A DNA stretch of 62,622 nucleotides, filler included, from Choristocarpus tenellus KU-1152 (GCA_964200185.2; 10 parts of 10 records of this genome joined end to end with filler, not necessarily neighbours in it); one strand, 5' to 3'; shown: positions 23,236-37,533, numbered from the whole stretch's first letter. Made by a program: numbers and translations. The notes: generated by a model not told the origin, from the sequence alone.

Positions 23236-26200
23236 CAACCAACAGAGAGCACAAATGTGCGGTTAAAACAACAGCTAGAGAGAGAGGCAGCTCAAGCAAC
23301 CACAACCCCCACTCATTCTCTGTTGAATGCTTCTTGTGTCTTTCATTTTCCTTTCCTTTGGTTTCCTTTTGTGACATACGTTGAGTGGTGTTTTCGGATT
23401 GGATGTGGACCCACCACTGAAATTTTGCGGATGTTGTCATAGGGGGAAAAGAAACAGGGTACAAGAGCAATCATTAAACACAAGTAGTCTATATTGCCTA
23501 CAACTAATATCTTCTAATACACCAACAGTAGGTGGTAGTAGTGTAACCTCAGTACATGACGAAAGCAACCGACAGACCCCTTTCCTATGCAAGAACACCG
23601 TTTACTATATTTCTATCCGAATAAAGAAATAATATTAAAATACAGGTGGAACTCAAGGTAAACTGGTACAATTAATATCGTGAAGGCGAACATGGGAAGA
23701 AACTAACCATTTAATTGGTCAAGCTATATGTGCACCATATGTTTCGAGAGCATACGCACATACTTCTGAGTACATATAACAGGGGATTCGCAAAATTGAG
23801 GGAGGAGCGGGACTATGAGGAACGTTGTTTTGCGAANNNNNNNNNNNNNNNNNNNNNNNNNNNNNNNNNNNNNNNNNNNNTTAATTAATTAANNNNNNNN
23901 NNNNNNNNNNNNNNNNNNNNNNNNNNNNNNNNNNNNGGGGGGGGGACAGGGAGGTGGAAGCACAGGGGGTAGTAGAGCAGCAGGCCATCGAGAAATTGTA
24001 GAACAGGAATGGGTTTGAAATATTATTATAATCTTCCTCAACTGTTTATATACGTTGAACACTGATGCATGCCTGCTACAGACAGCAACTGACTCCTAAG
24101 GAATTTAGTAAAGTATTTGAATAAATATTATATAGAACTGTTGAATGTAGGCAAAAAAAGAGATCATCTGTTGATGAACTAATGAAGGCTGATCTAAGAG
24201 TAACTAGAGGTGAATCAGCTGAGTTGTGGAGAATCCATGTATACATTCAAATGGTTTGCAAAGTACGAAAAAATGAAGGAATTGGAGCTATTGAATATAC
24301 TAACGATATATTGCGTTATCTATGTCAAATTAGTAAAAAAAAAAATCTCTCACCTCATGGTAACAAAGTAAAACATATACCAACAAAACTTTTACTGTTG
24401 ATATACTCTGAGTGTAAAGGGAGTTGGTTGTAAAGTAAGATAAATACATGTAGAACAAAATAGATACATCGAGTATGAGAATATTTGACAGGATGATGAT
24501 GAAGTCCTACTAAGCATGATTTGATTTCCAAAAATAGACCAAAATTGAATGATAAAAATATTCCATAATCTCAACATCAAAATTACTGTGAACCTAACAA
24601 AATATTGAGTTAATTAAAGGAGGACTTGGAGGAACTGGAGCAAAGTCCCGTAACGGAACCAAAGTGCGATTCTGCCCTGCCACTCTCCTTTTCAGTCGCA
24701 TTCAAATATCCTCCAATAGTATCGTGTGTGCAATCCTAGAGATGAGGGTAGGGCTAAGTTGGGGTATACTTCTCACCGTGTGGTGAACTTCTTCAAGTTC
24801 TCCTGAGAGCAACCTGTTGGCCTCCTTCTCTCGTTCGCAGCACCCTGCGGTTCCACAGAGTCCTCGGAAAGCTGATCCAAGAAAAAAATTATGTGGGCGA
24901 AGGTGCCAGCCTTCGGAACAACTCCATCATCAGGAGATCCCCCCCTGTCCCGTGGTTGGACGTATTAAAGAAGGGGGATCAGTCAGGGTAGGAGCGATTT
25001 AACTCTCTGGTTGACCCTGTAACATCTTAGCACAGACTGGATAATCCTGTGAAATATCGGTTCAGATGGAAAATGTAGAAATGTAGAGTAATGCCTGGAC
25101 GAGAAGCGACAGCTTTTCGGCCCAGGCTGATTTTACGTATTGGCCCTGGAAGATGCGGAAAGCTCCTATAGACCTCCTTCTTGTGATATTCAGAGACGAG
25201 CGAAACAGTGCAAAATCCCAACGAGATAAGACGCTCACCGTCCTTGCTCCCATCATTGTGAGCAGCATCGCTCCCCAAACAAGATGAAATGTGAACTCGC
25301 CCATATTGAGCTGGAGCTGATTATGATATTGGATAATGATCTGTTAAGCATCGCAATGAGGTAAAACGAGAGGGAAAAAGGGTTGAGGGTAAGGAGAAGA
25401 CGTTCTACATGACGTGCGTCATTGAGCTGTCCTGGGACGATCATGGCCCTCTCTTTGGGGTCGATTTCGATGGGATCCGGGGGGTTTTCCACCCACACTC
25501 AAGGGACCACTATTGATCTACGGCTTACTGCTTGCTCTGATGGCATTTCTCTGCTACTCACAAGGCAGGCTAGCGATGCGTTTGTACGAAGCCTGTGGCC
25601 CGCACTTCGCTGATGAGCGTCAAGGGGCTGGTGTCAAAGAAGAAAAGTTTATAAATTAATCCCATACCTTCACTGATCAATCATGACCTTTTATCTGCAA
25701 CGGATTTTCCCTCTCCCAAATCTGGACGCCTCGGCAGGTTCTGTGATGTGTGACAGGCAAACTCACTCCGGTTCCTATGGAGGAATCGTCCGTCTCCAAT
25801 CCTGTTGTGAAAAAAATCTATGAAACGTCCCAATTACTAATCAACAAATATCAGCTACTAATGTACTACTAATATAAAAAGTATCATTTTATGTAGAGGT
25901 ATATTGTATCTACTCTTTACACTGCCTCGTTCTTGAGAAAATTTATCGAAAAGATGAAAATAGAATATCACCAAACAATATACATAATCGAACTACCACC
26001 GTACATACGTACCACAGAGACAACACCACAACACACCCAATACGCAAATAATGGGAGGAGACCAATGAACTCCGTCCATTGCAGTACAAGTTGGATCAAA
26101 TAGTTAAGACTGACTGTCCACTCTTCCTTCTCTATATTCTACACACTATCAAGAGAGGACTTAATCATTTTCCCAAGATCTCTTCTTGTCCCAGCAACAG

Positions 26201-27929
26201 GTGAAGAACCCACTCTCTTCTATGTGGGCTAAGCATATATTTTAGTTTACATAGTAGGTTTTTCTCAAAATAAACAGGGTATCATAATCGATTGACACTC
26301 TTTGCTGCTCGTATATTATTTTTCACTTGGAAAAAAGATGGTGTAACACACAAGGTAATATCCAGGCATGTGTACGGAGGCTTATATTTTTGGAAGAAAT
26401 TGTAGTTACACCCCTGAATAGATGGATTGGACTGCCTGTTGTAACTATTCTTCAAAGCACTACTATTGGTGGTAGAAAACTAGATCAAAAATAAAATGGA
26501 ATATGTATAGTATGCATTTTTTTAAGCCAAGTACATGTCGCACTATTTCCAAGAGTGGTGAACTTCTACCTGTTAGCACTAATGATGAGAAGAAAAGATG
26601 AGGGTTACAGGGAGACTGTCAGGGTTAGGGTTGAGGTTAGTGTGCTATTTTTTTCAAATCCCACTGAGGAAGCCAGAAGAAACCAACATTGCCTGTTTGG
26701 ACGTACAGTAGTAAGAATAAAGTGTGGTAAAAATGCTACTGCTGTGGATGGGTTGGGTTACTTGAGCAGCTTTGTTGTGCTTGCCAGGTACTGATAGGTA
26801 GAAAATAATGCAGATATAATATAGGTATTTGGAGCGCAACTCATTCGAGTCAGCAGGTGAACGCTCAACACACTACTGTAGGCGATAATAGCAATCCTCC
26901 AAGCACTCATTCTTGGCAGTGAGAACTACACTAGCAAACTGAGCAGCAAGCATAGTAGTAGTAATCCCATCAACCATTTGACAGACCCACATACCAGAGT
27001 ATATTTACATGTAATAGTTGGAATAGTTTTAATGTCTCTCCCTGCTTTTGTGGAATATTGAGGCAGGTGAACATCCCAACGAGATTACTATTTTGTGTCA
27101 GTATCAGTCAATAAATCATATTTTTGTATACGCTCTAACCACCACTCTCTGCTTGTAGAGCTTGGACTAGTATGTTACACATTTAAAGGCAAATGGATCC
27201 CTTGCATATGCACCGAACATTACTTCAGTAACTTCGTTCAACCCCCACAGTACCCATGTACTGACTACATGACACATAGACCTCACACGTTTGTTCCCTC
27301 CTGGAGCAAAGTCTATCCTATACGCCGTTCCCTACTCACATATCTGTTAAAGTGTCGCAAAGGAAAGTTAGAGGAAACTCTAGCTCTCCGTATTCGTGAC
27401 ACTGCGTTAGGTGTAATGGTACTAATACCAAAGCAGCCTCGTAGAGTACACTGGTCTTCCCTCAACTCTAAAACCGATCACAAATCGATTGAATGTATTA
27501 ATTATATGTAGCATGTAATTACCATGTACAAATGCTCGGCTTAAAAAAAAACTCACTGTATTCTAGTTGCGCAAGATCAACAAGATTGAAAATACTTATT
27601 TCTCCTTAAAACCTACATCACAATCTCATCAATCAGTATTGGAACAACTCTAAGCCACGCCTTCTTATCTAGACTGAACTTCCTTGAGGAGAACCTGGAA
27701 GGCATCGTACTTGGAGAGGTCTAATTCCGATTCCAGTAAGTGTTACAGGCGACTAGCGCGAGCGTTTCTTCTTGTATTTCAACAAAGTTCGAACATTTGA
27801 TACACGCGAATAGCGCAAGCATTTTCTCCTCGTGTGTTAGGAAATACGAACATTTGTAACAGACATACAGTGTGAGGATTGTTTCTCGAATTCTCACAAG
27901 TGCGAACTATATACGATATTTGTAACACA

Positions 27930-28050
27930 TAATAGGTAAACAAATAAGGATTGTTCATGTTAGCTCAGATCAGTAACACGCAGATATCTTGACCAATCCT
28001 TTAGCAGAAATATCGTTTTGGAGGCATGCAGGGGCTTTGCTAAATTTATA
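27930..28050 (+). mobile_element. Ty1/copia RNase H C-terminal relic
   Basis: IRIVHVSSDQ*HADILTNPLAEISFWRHAGALLNL (ADILTKPL-type motif). Confidence 0.8.
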
Positions 28051-29464
28051 CTATGTTTATTGTTTTGTTTCTTGCTGAATTTGAGTGTGNNNNNNNNNNN
28101 NNNNNNNNNNNNNNNNNNNNNNNNNNNNNNNNNTTAATTAATTAANNNNNNNNNNNNNNNNNNNNNNNNNNNNNNNNNNNNNNNNNNNNGTGTGGTGGGG
28201 GGTGGGGGGGGGGGGGGGGGGGGGGGGGATTTCGTGGAAAAATTCTTTATGTCCGTGAATTGGAGACAGAAGAAGACAAGGTGTCTTGACTTGATCTGCT
28301 TTATTTTATTTTTCATATCTCCGTTGGAGTCGTTCGAAACCGACTTACTGGGGTGTATTAACTATATTGTTAAAATTATATATTTTTTGCTCTCTGTCGC
28401 TGCTTCTTTTTTTTTGTTTTAGATGTGGTAATGATGATGTTGAAGTTGATTTTAGGTATAGATTTGATTCGTGGCGGAAAGGGCACTACTAATAATACTG
28501 GGAGTATTTGTATTATGATACTGTGTGGATACGAACATGTATCCCTCATTCTTCTAGGCATTTCGTGCATATTATTATTTTTTTTTGGGGGGGGTGTCGG
28601 TTACACCTTTTAATTTTTTGTTAGTATTGTGAGGCCTATCACAAGATAGGTTACGCTTTTTTTCAGTATCCTTTTTTTTTATTCTCATTTTTTTTTGTGG
28701 TGTATTTTTTAAAATCATACTTCAGACAGACAGCTTGTGTGTGAGGATCAAGATGGATTTTTTCCTCTGCTTTTTTTAATTTATTTTGAGTGCAGAAAAA
28801 GTTATGAACGAGAAAGCTGTTTCTTTGTTTTGTGTCCACTTCTCTCTTGTGTGTGTGTTTTGTGTGTGAGAGAGGTATGGACTGGTAACTTGTTGGAAAC
28901 GTTAAGTTGAGAATGGTGATGGTAATCTGTCTGTTCGGCACAGAACCTCTTTTTTTATTTTTTGAAAATAATGTATGTATGTATGTATATATATATTTTT
29001 TTTTCATGTTTTGCGTTTCTGACTTGTCCCTTACCTACAACTTACCCTCCTTTTGGCCGTGGGGTTGGGGGACCACCTCGAACTACCATACCAATAATAA
29101 TAATAACAAGATTTTATTAATATGATTGTTGTAATTATTATTATCATTGTTATTATTATTATTATTATTATTTGATGGGTAGTTATTGATGGTATTGCTA
29201 CTAACATAATTTGTCTGATATCGTGGTGTGTGTAGAGTTATTTCTCCTTGTGATCATGTGGTGGTATGGTATAGTATGGTATGGTACATGGTATGGTATA
29301 TTATGGTATATAATGTTGTATTATTATGCTCTCTGACATTTTGCAAATGTTCTGGGGAAAAACCAATGAAAACAATTTAAATGTCAGAATAACCCCTAAA
29401 CAAGTAGCAATTGTATATGTGGAAGACGTTAATCTACTTACTATTTACAACTATGCTACACCAC

Positions 29465-29610
29465 TGCCCTCCTGTGCCTCCAACCTAGCTTAGTCCTGCA
29501 CCCCAGTCTGAGGAGCTAGGGAAGCATCCCAAGAATCTGACAGGCCCCTCCTTGCCCATCTCCCTGGTGTCTCCCACTTAAAACAAATGACACGTCTAGA
29601 TAGGGCTATT
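29465..29610 (-). mobile_element. 3' fragment of the RLE-type LINE seen at 34910-35225
   Basis: Nucleotide match (GAGGAGCT..GGGA.GCA.CCCAAGAATCT.ACAG..CC.TCCTTGCC.ATCT...GGTGTCTCC). Confidence 0.7.
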
Positions 29611-29815
29611 TGTGTTTGTGAAAGAGACTATTTATTACTATCTATTACTATCTATTACTATCTATTGTAGGCGGGATTTGACCGCCCCTTTTCTGCTGTA
29701 ACCTCCTGTCCCTCTCCCCCTTACCACGTGTGTAGCTAGTCTATGGTATATAGTATGGTATATGGTTTGTGTATCCATCGCTCTCGCTTATTGCCTCAAG
29801 TGATGTTGGGGTCTT

Positions 29816-29886
29816 TTAGGGTTAGGGTTTTATTGCATCGCGGCAGGCGGTAGTCAAGGGTTAGGGTTAGGGTTAGGGTTAAGGTT
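29816..29886 (+). repeat. Interstitial (TTAGGG)n tracts; others at 31487-31511 and, as CCCTAA/TCCTAA, 45705-45741
   Basis: Three to six tandem hexamers read directly. Confidence 0.85.
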
Positions 29887-30466
29887 ATTACTTGTGCTAC
29901 TGGTGTGCGTTACCCTCTTTTTATTGGTACTTCTTTGTCTTGACCTTTCAAAAATATTTAATTGCAGAGTATGATTTTTAGATTTTTTTTAAAATAACGA
30001 GTGTATGGGTCCAGTTTTTTTTTTTCTCCTCTTCTCAACCCTAACCCTGTATCTCTTTGAGCCATGGTTTGTTCCTTCTCTTTATTAAAGGTGGGCCTCT
30101 TTGCCCTATCTATACTCTGCCCTCTTTTTATATGATGTGGTGTGGTAACCTTCTCCACCTTTTCACCTTTCCCAATTGTCATGTGCACCACTGGTGGTAC
30201 ATTAGCTCATCTCATCTACAGTCTCGCACATTCAATAAAAACGCCATTCTATTCTATACTCACACCATGCATCTATATATCCACATACGGTAACCTTGGC
30301 TTTTTTCTTCTTCTTCAGAATCCCTATGTTAACCCTGCCCTGGAATGTTCCGAGAATGTTCCTGGAATACTCTCCTGTTTCAGACCGTGTTTGATTTACC
30401 TTGAATTTGCATCTTCTGTTTTGGCATGATGTCTGATACGATATGATGTCTGATACGATATGATAG

Positions 30467-31859
30467 GTGGAGGTAAACCGTCTGCTATCGGATCGCTTCC
30501 CTACCTCTTGGTCAGTCCACCGAGGACACCACTTCTTCTTGTGGATGAGAGTGGATGATTCAGAAGCTTCAGAATTCAAGGTGGATGAGGTGATAGATGG
30601 GTGGAGGGGTGGAGGGATGAGGGGCAGGGAATGGTTTGGTTTAGTTTGGTTTAGTTGGTTTAGTTGGTTTATTTGATTTATTTGGGTGGGATTGCCGTTA
30701 GTACAATATAGTCCAGTTATTATTTTTTTCAGATTACTGCTTACTGTGCCTGTACAATTCAAGTGAAGAGTAACAAGAATATTAAAAAAAGATGGATTGA
30801 GTAGGGGTTTTTGATCGGGTTCTAGGATTTAACATACATAAATATATGTATATGTATATTTTAAAAAATTAAAATTAAAAAGAGGAAAAGTATAAATGTG
30901 CGGTGGTAGGTGCTTTTGAAGTCGCAAGCAATCAGGGGTAAGGTGTGTTGGTGTGCTGATGGGGGTTAGGGTTGCGATATGTCTGGGATCGTTATGAAAC
31001 TTGTTTTATGTTTTTTTAATAGATGTGGTAGCAAGGGACACTCTAATTTTTATAACCATGAATTGGTAGTTTAAAAGGTGCTTCTGTTGTGTAGACTTGC
31101 CATTGGGACGAACGGATGATTCAGGAAAAAAATAAAAATCGAAGAAATATGTTCTGATTTTTATAAAAATAGAAGAATAGTCTTATATCCTGTAATACGT
31201 AACCCCCCCTCTTGTTTCGGTTTTCTTTTTTTTTGTACGGTTGTTTGGGAGGAAGTTTTTATTCCAGTGAATTGACACTCTCCACAGCATTAGGGATCGC
31301 AGGAGGGGGTGGGTGGTTGGTGCATATTTTAATGGTAGAGCCTCAGAGTAGTAGAGTAGCGTGTGGTGTGATTGAGGAGGGGGGTGACGCCTACTTGCTT
31401 GTAAAAAAACAACTGTGTGCTCTATTTTATTTTTTAATTTTAAATTTAATTTTATTTGATTCTATGTATTTGTATGTGCGTATATTTTAGGGGTTAGGGT
31501 TAGGGTTAGGGTGTCTGAGTGTGGAACAGACTCTGATTTTCCCCTTTCTGTGTAGGCAGGTCTCTGTCAAAGCAAACCCACCTGTGATAGGAAATAGAAC
31601 ACTTTGGTTCTTTTCGATTGGACTGGTCACTGGAGTTCATTTGGAAGGAGGCATTTTTTGCCTGTTGATGTGGGGCTGTGCAGACTTTACTTTGGAGTTG
31701 GTTCACACAATATCAGGAGTTCATGCATCCAAGTGAATGGTGCTTTTTGTTGTGTGTTTGTGTGTGTGTGTGTGTGACTGTGTCTGTATGTGTCTGTTAT
31801 ATGTGAAGTGTACAGGGTTTTGATTGGCCTATGGAGTATAGTGTGATACACCTTTTCAC

Positions 31860-31890
<31 letters not shown>

Positions 31891-32818
31891 TCTCTTTTCA
31901 TCATTTGAGCATGCAAGATCCATGTTATGAAAATTAGTTTGAATTCAAGGACGACCAGCCTATTACCTTCTGAGACATACTCTTTTAAGGATGTTCGATG
32001 TGGATGGAAGGCATTGAGAGTTGAAGTTGGAAAAAAAAGTGTGGTATGAAATATTATTACAAGTTTGTACACCAGACGCTCTAATGACGTTACGTGTGGA
32101 TGGAAGATGTTCAGAGTTGATGTAGACGGTATGATGTAGACGGTATGATGTAGACGAAATGAAAGTGTACCATCTAAAGAAAAGCTATGTGCACTTGATG
32201 TTGTTGGACTGGAATCTTGTTATTCTTCTCAGAACATTACCCCCACCCTGAAAGATCCTGTTGAAAATTCTTAATTCCTATCCCCCACCCCCCCCCCCCC
32301 CCCCCCCCCCGCACCCCCCTTCCCTGTTTTTTTTCTTCTAATTTAAATTTTTTGTTTTTTNNNNNNNNNTTTTTCTCAAAACATACCCCCCCCCCCAAAA
32401 AATCCTTTTGAAAATTTTTTTTTCCCTCCCCCCCCCCCCCCCCCCCCCCCCCCTCCGGAATCTCCTTCTCCTTGGTTCGTTTCCTAATATATACATTTTC
32501 TGGTATGTGTGTGTGTATGTGCTCTAGGTGACTGTTGGTATTAATTCGAAGGCGGTACACATCCAAACTCAGTCCAAGGATACTTGCCATGGGGGTTTGT
32601 CATCCTTGGATGGGGGAGTGGGGGGCAGAGGAACAAGGGGTAGATTGAGTCGAGGGCGGAACAAGGAAGGGTCTGGGGTAGGGGGGGCGGTAGTAGGTGG
32701 GGTGGGGATGAGAGTGGGGGTAGGGATGGAGGACGGGAGGGGAAGTCACCAGGGTGAAGATGTGCCTGGAAGGCTTACTCATGAATTGGGAGAGTTTGAG
32801 GCTACAGCTCCTGTCAAG
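30467..32818 (+). CDS. Candidate multi-exon gene of unknown function (exons 30467-30580, 31560-about 31732, 32528-32818; possibly about 33233-33313)
   Basis: AG|open frame|GT blocks embedded in low-complexity intron-like DNA; phases only partly consistent; no recognisable domain. Confidence 0.4.
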
Positions 32819-34909
32819 GTGTGTATGTGTGATGTGTTCAATGCATTTTTGCTGAAGGCGTGCATAAAAACCCATTTTATTCCCACATATACCTCCGACA
32901 ATTTTTGAACTCAACGTGATGGCGAATGTTATTGACCGGGTTGGTTCGGTTGAATCCACTTAAAAAAAATTGTTTATTGTTTATTTTTTTGTGTAGATTC
33001 AGACGTAGGACCTTGTGTGGTTATTTTTGATTGGATGTTTGTTTGATTGGCGATGAGTTGGGTTCAAGTTGAATTTTTTTTTTCGCCGAGCAGCCCCACC
33101 CTCCACGCCGTTTTTTGAATTCTACCTACTTTTTGCTTTGTTTTTGATAAACTGAAAAAATGAACAGGCAGGTAGGTGAAAATTCTGAATTGGAACCTTT
33201 TTGGTGATGGTTATTTACTTCATGGTGGTTCAGTCGTCTCGCTGGAAGTAAGATCAGGTTGAATGTTACTGTTTTGCCAAGTGGCCCTCGGGGCTGGATG
33301 GAGTTATACCAAGGGTATAGATGATACAGTATTTACAGTAGTATGATTGTTCTTTTCTTTTTGATTCTTTGTACACAACATGTTTCCCTGCTCACTATCA
33401 GCAGTTTAAAATGCGGATCTTTTTTCCCTCTTACCCCCCCTTTCGGCGGCTGAACACGAANNNNNNNNNNNNNNNNNNNNNNNNNNNNNNNNNNNNNNNN
33501 NNNNTTAATTAATTAANNNNNNNNNNNNNNNNNNNNNNNNNNNNNNNNNNNNNNNNNNNNGGGTACGGCAGTCGTTCGCCCAGTATCCGTTGCACCTTCA
33601 TACCCCCCATGGTGCTCTACGGTTGTGGAAGGGACAGCACGTTGAACGGTTAATTCGTGACTACATCGTCCTGAACGGATGGTTCATATGTTGATAGAGT
33701 GTGGGGTCATGTATTTCGTGAGGAAACCGTTCATCACAATTGGTTCACTAAAGTATATTGATTTATACTATTTTATATAGATTGGTAGTATGTATAATGT
33801 GAAGAAATGTTGTACAATAAAGTTGGATGAGAATAGTTCTATTATGTTTATTAGACTATATTTAATAGCTATATTTCTATTATAATGTACATTGAGAAGT
33901 ATAATTATTTGAACCTAGGGAATGTACGTTCTCGGAACTATACGAAGTACTTTGGGTTGGAGATGTGGAGATCGTAAAATGGAGACGTTATCGAGGTTTA
34001 TTGTGTATTGTGAGTGGTGTGAGTTTAACCGTTCAAAGTTGAGATTGCGATATTGAACAAAATGTAAAATATGATTATGTACATAACACGAATAGTATTG
34101 TTGAATTGACCATTGGGAATGTTTGTCACCACGAAGATTATGCTTTTTCATTGTTTATTTCGTTGTTGAGGAATTGAGGTTTTTGTCTTTTGCGTTTCAT
34201 GTTTCTAATCTCATAAGAAACGTATGCTTTTCAAACTAGAAAGACATGATCGTTGTTCTATATGTTCTCATTTGGTATATCTCTTATTTGACAACAATCT
34301 TGTAAAAAAAGTATTTTAATCTTATTTCTTGGAAGAATATTCAGAATAAAAATAAATGGAGGGTGGTGTGTTACTTGATCCTTTCTCTCCCACAATTTTT
34401 GTTTGTGGTCGATTTTCTTCCTAGAAATAAGATTGATTTTTAAATTATCTAAGATTGGTTTGGTATACGCGATGGCCTTACTCTCAAGATAGATTTAAGA
34501 AACCCAAGAACACGAATATTTCTTGAGATAGTATACCACCACACTGCAACATTTTTATTGTTAGTGTTCAACTTGGTTGTAGTAGTAGATGTGTTAGGGT
34601 GGTGTAAAAATATTCATGTTTTATGGGGTGGTGTAAGAAAGAGCTAGTATTTTGTACATTTCGAAGTTTTTTCTACGAAGGGGGATCAAAAATGTTTGTA
34701 TGTCGTATCTCCCTATTAGTATATATTTTGCCCTCAGACATCTTGGAGATGTGTGAGGGAAAAAGCCAAACCAATGTCACAAGAACTCCTGTAAAAGGAA
34801 CAGTTCTCGTAAAGGTTCAAATATCTCTCCAAAATCTACTCTTTGAATATCAGCTGTACTACACTCCCTTATAGCTTGGAGATTACAGCGTTATGTGCAC
34901 ATTGCGGCT

Positions 34910-35225
34910 ATGCCTCCAACGAAGCCTAACCCTACGAAACTGGGCGAGGAGCTTAGGGAGCACCCCAAGAATCTAACAGACCCTTCCTTGCCTATCTGTC
35001 CGGTGTCTCCAGCTTGAAGCGCATGGCACGCTTCAAGAGAGCCACTAGTGCAAAGATAGACACTATCTGCCGTGTAAGGGATTTGACTGTCCCTTTCCTA
35101 TAACCTCCTGGGCCTCTCCTCCCTACTGCATTTGTAGCCAACTCATCCAGAAAGCTTTCTGCTTGCTTACCGAGCCGCCAAAAACTTTCCACCGCAAAGG
35201 TGTTAAGGTTACATCTACGAGGGTC
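34910..35225 (-). mobile_element. Non-LTR retrotransposon 3' relic, restriction-like endonuclease (RLE; CRE-like) C-terminus
   Basis: AVESFWRLGKQAESFLDELA...RKGTVK..RQIVSI..VALLKRAMRFKL (ExFGRLG motif). Confidence 0.75.
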
Positions 35226-36688
35226 CGTCTATGGAACAACAATATATACTATTTTGCCCTATGATATTTTGCAAATGTGTCAGGGGAAAAGGCAACAATG
35301 TTCTTTTATTTCTGGAGAAGTAACTTTTTCATTATTTCAACTGTTAGTTTTGAAGGGGTCTTTGAGATAGAGGTTTGGTTTTTCCCGGAGACATCTACAA
35401 AAATATATATTATTTTGCTGTCTGACATTTTAAAAATGTGTCAGGCAAAAAGTCAAACCAATATCACAAGAACCTCTGTAAAGACATCACAGGTTGTAAT
35501 GACGTGATACACTGTTTTTTTTATCCTTTTTTGATATTCGTTGAACTGGTGATTCCGTGTATGAATTTCCTTGGATCAAACTCCTTCGACGCCAAACTTC
35601 TTCTCACGGAAGTTTGGTTTCGATGTTCCAGTTCCACGTGGCAAGGACTACAGATAGTACACCTGTACGATGCTATCTGTGAATGTATACCACAAGAACG
35701 CAGGACCAAGCTGGAGGCGGAATTTTCGAGTCGCTTCCGAGACAAGATTCAAAGGTGGAGATGGCGAGACGAGGGAGTTGCTTTACTCATCGTGCAAGAA
35801 TCAGGGCAAGAACAGAGGTAGTATACAATTTGTCATTGTGGAACAATACGTTATTATCAGTGTATGATGAGAAGTATTGCAATGTATGGTAATATAATCG
35901 TTGCTAACTGCTGACTAACTGTTGTGCAAGGAGTATTTGTGCTGTCTCAGTTTCCACTATTGCTTGACTTGCTTCCTAAGTTTACCACTCCCACTCCTCA
36001 TCACTCCATCTCCTCCTTCGAATCTTCTGCTAGACCCGATCCTAAGTCTCTACCTCGACCTTGGTCTAGCGCTTTTTGTGGTTTACCCACACACAATTGT
36101 TAACATGCAAACGTCTGACGCCTCTCATGCCCTTTTGCATGTATGTATTCACTGCACATAAGGACAACACCCAAATGACTCGTTGTTCCCGCCCTTTTTC
36201 GCTGATTGGCCTCGAGAAAGCTTAAGAGTACATTGAGATGCATAGGGACTTTGTTGTCAGATTTCTGAGCTTTGGCATTGTTCACCTAACGGAGCAGATG
36301 CCCGATTGTAATGAGAAACATCTCTATGGTGTGCCCAAGAAGATACTTTACAAAGCCAAGAACATTGCATGTATATATAGCAGCAAACTCACGACTCCTT
36401 GCCATCCTACTACTACTTGAACCGGTACTGCCAGCAGTACTATCACGATGACGATGACAAAGACTGCAATCTATGGGTAGATATATTGAATGGATAAGGT
36501 GCTTGCGATGGCATCCTGCATACTTCAATATTTGTCCATGCTTTTTTCTTTGAGTAATCTTTCATGCGCCCATGCTATCTTTGCTGTAAACACCTACCCC
36601 CCATGTAGTCCTCTTCCTCTGCTTGTTAGTGCGCGGGGCAGTTCGATTATACCGCTCCCACTATAATTTCTGTTCCGCTGTATTTGTG

Positions 36689-37474
36689 CTCCCTCTGTCC
36701 CTTATGTCTTGGCCTTCTAAGGTTTTTTGTGAATTGACTTTTTCAAATGTGAAATTCAGAAACAACAAATAATATCGTTCGATGGCCAACAATATCGGCT
36801 TGCGCATAGATATCTTTTAAATATTTTTCATGTCGAAATGGTTGAGAAACCTTCCCCTGAACACAATCGTTTTTTTTTAGAAATTAAGGATTTAGCAAAA
36901 CTGAAAAACCGGGGGGAAATGTCTAAAATAATGACCAATCGCCCATAAGGTCTCAGCAAGACCTCTGATGAAGATACGGTTAGTTACATTGGATTCCTTG
37001 GCGGTTTTGCATTAAATTAATCATTCGTCACTCTGATTCTCTGACTCAATCCACCAAAGATGTGGACGCGTTGTACACGTCTCTGTCAATGGGGACCAAG
37101 TGATCCAGAATGCTCTCAGGAGTAAATGAGAGTGAACAGTAATTACCTTCATCCAAAAACCGCCAAGGAATCCAACGCAACTAACTGCGACTTCGTCGGA
37201 GGTCTCATTGAGACGTCATGGCCGATTAACCATCATTACCAGTCATTTTGGGCCGGTTTTGCGGTCTTTGCTAAATCTCCATTTTACGAAAAAAACGTTT
37301 GTGTTCAGGGAAAGGTGTCTCAACCATTTCGGAATTAATTGTTTTTGGAAGATATCTATGCGCAACCCGATGTTGTTGACTATCGAACGATATTATTTGT
37401 TATTTCTGAATCTCACATTTGAAAAGGTTATTCACAAAAAAAAATTAACACCCCAGACTTACGGGACAGAAGAG
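36689..37474. mobile_element. Stowaway-like foldback MITE with inverted arms of about 355 bp
   Basis: Ends CTCCCTCTGTCCC and GGGACAGAAGAG+TA; 36689-37045 is the diverged reverse complement of 37115-37474. Confidence 0.85.
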
Positions 37475-37533
37475 TAGTTTTTTTGCAGTCTACATTTTAT
37501 TACGATGATTGTTATAATTGTCACTCATATTAT

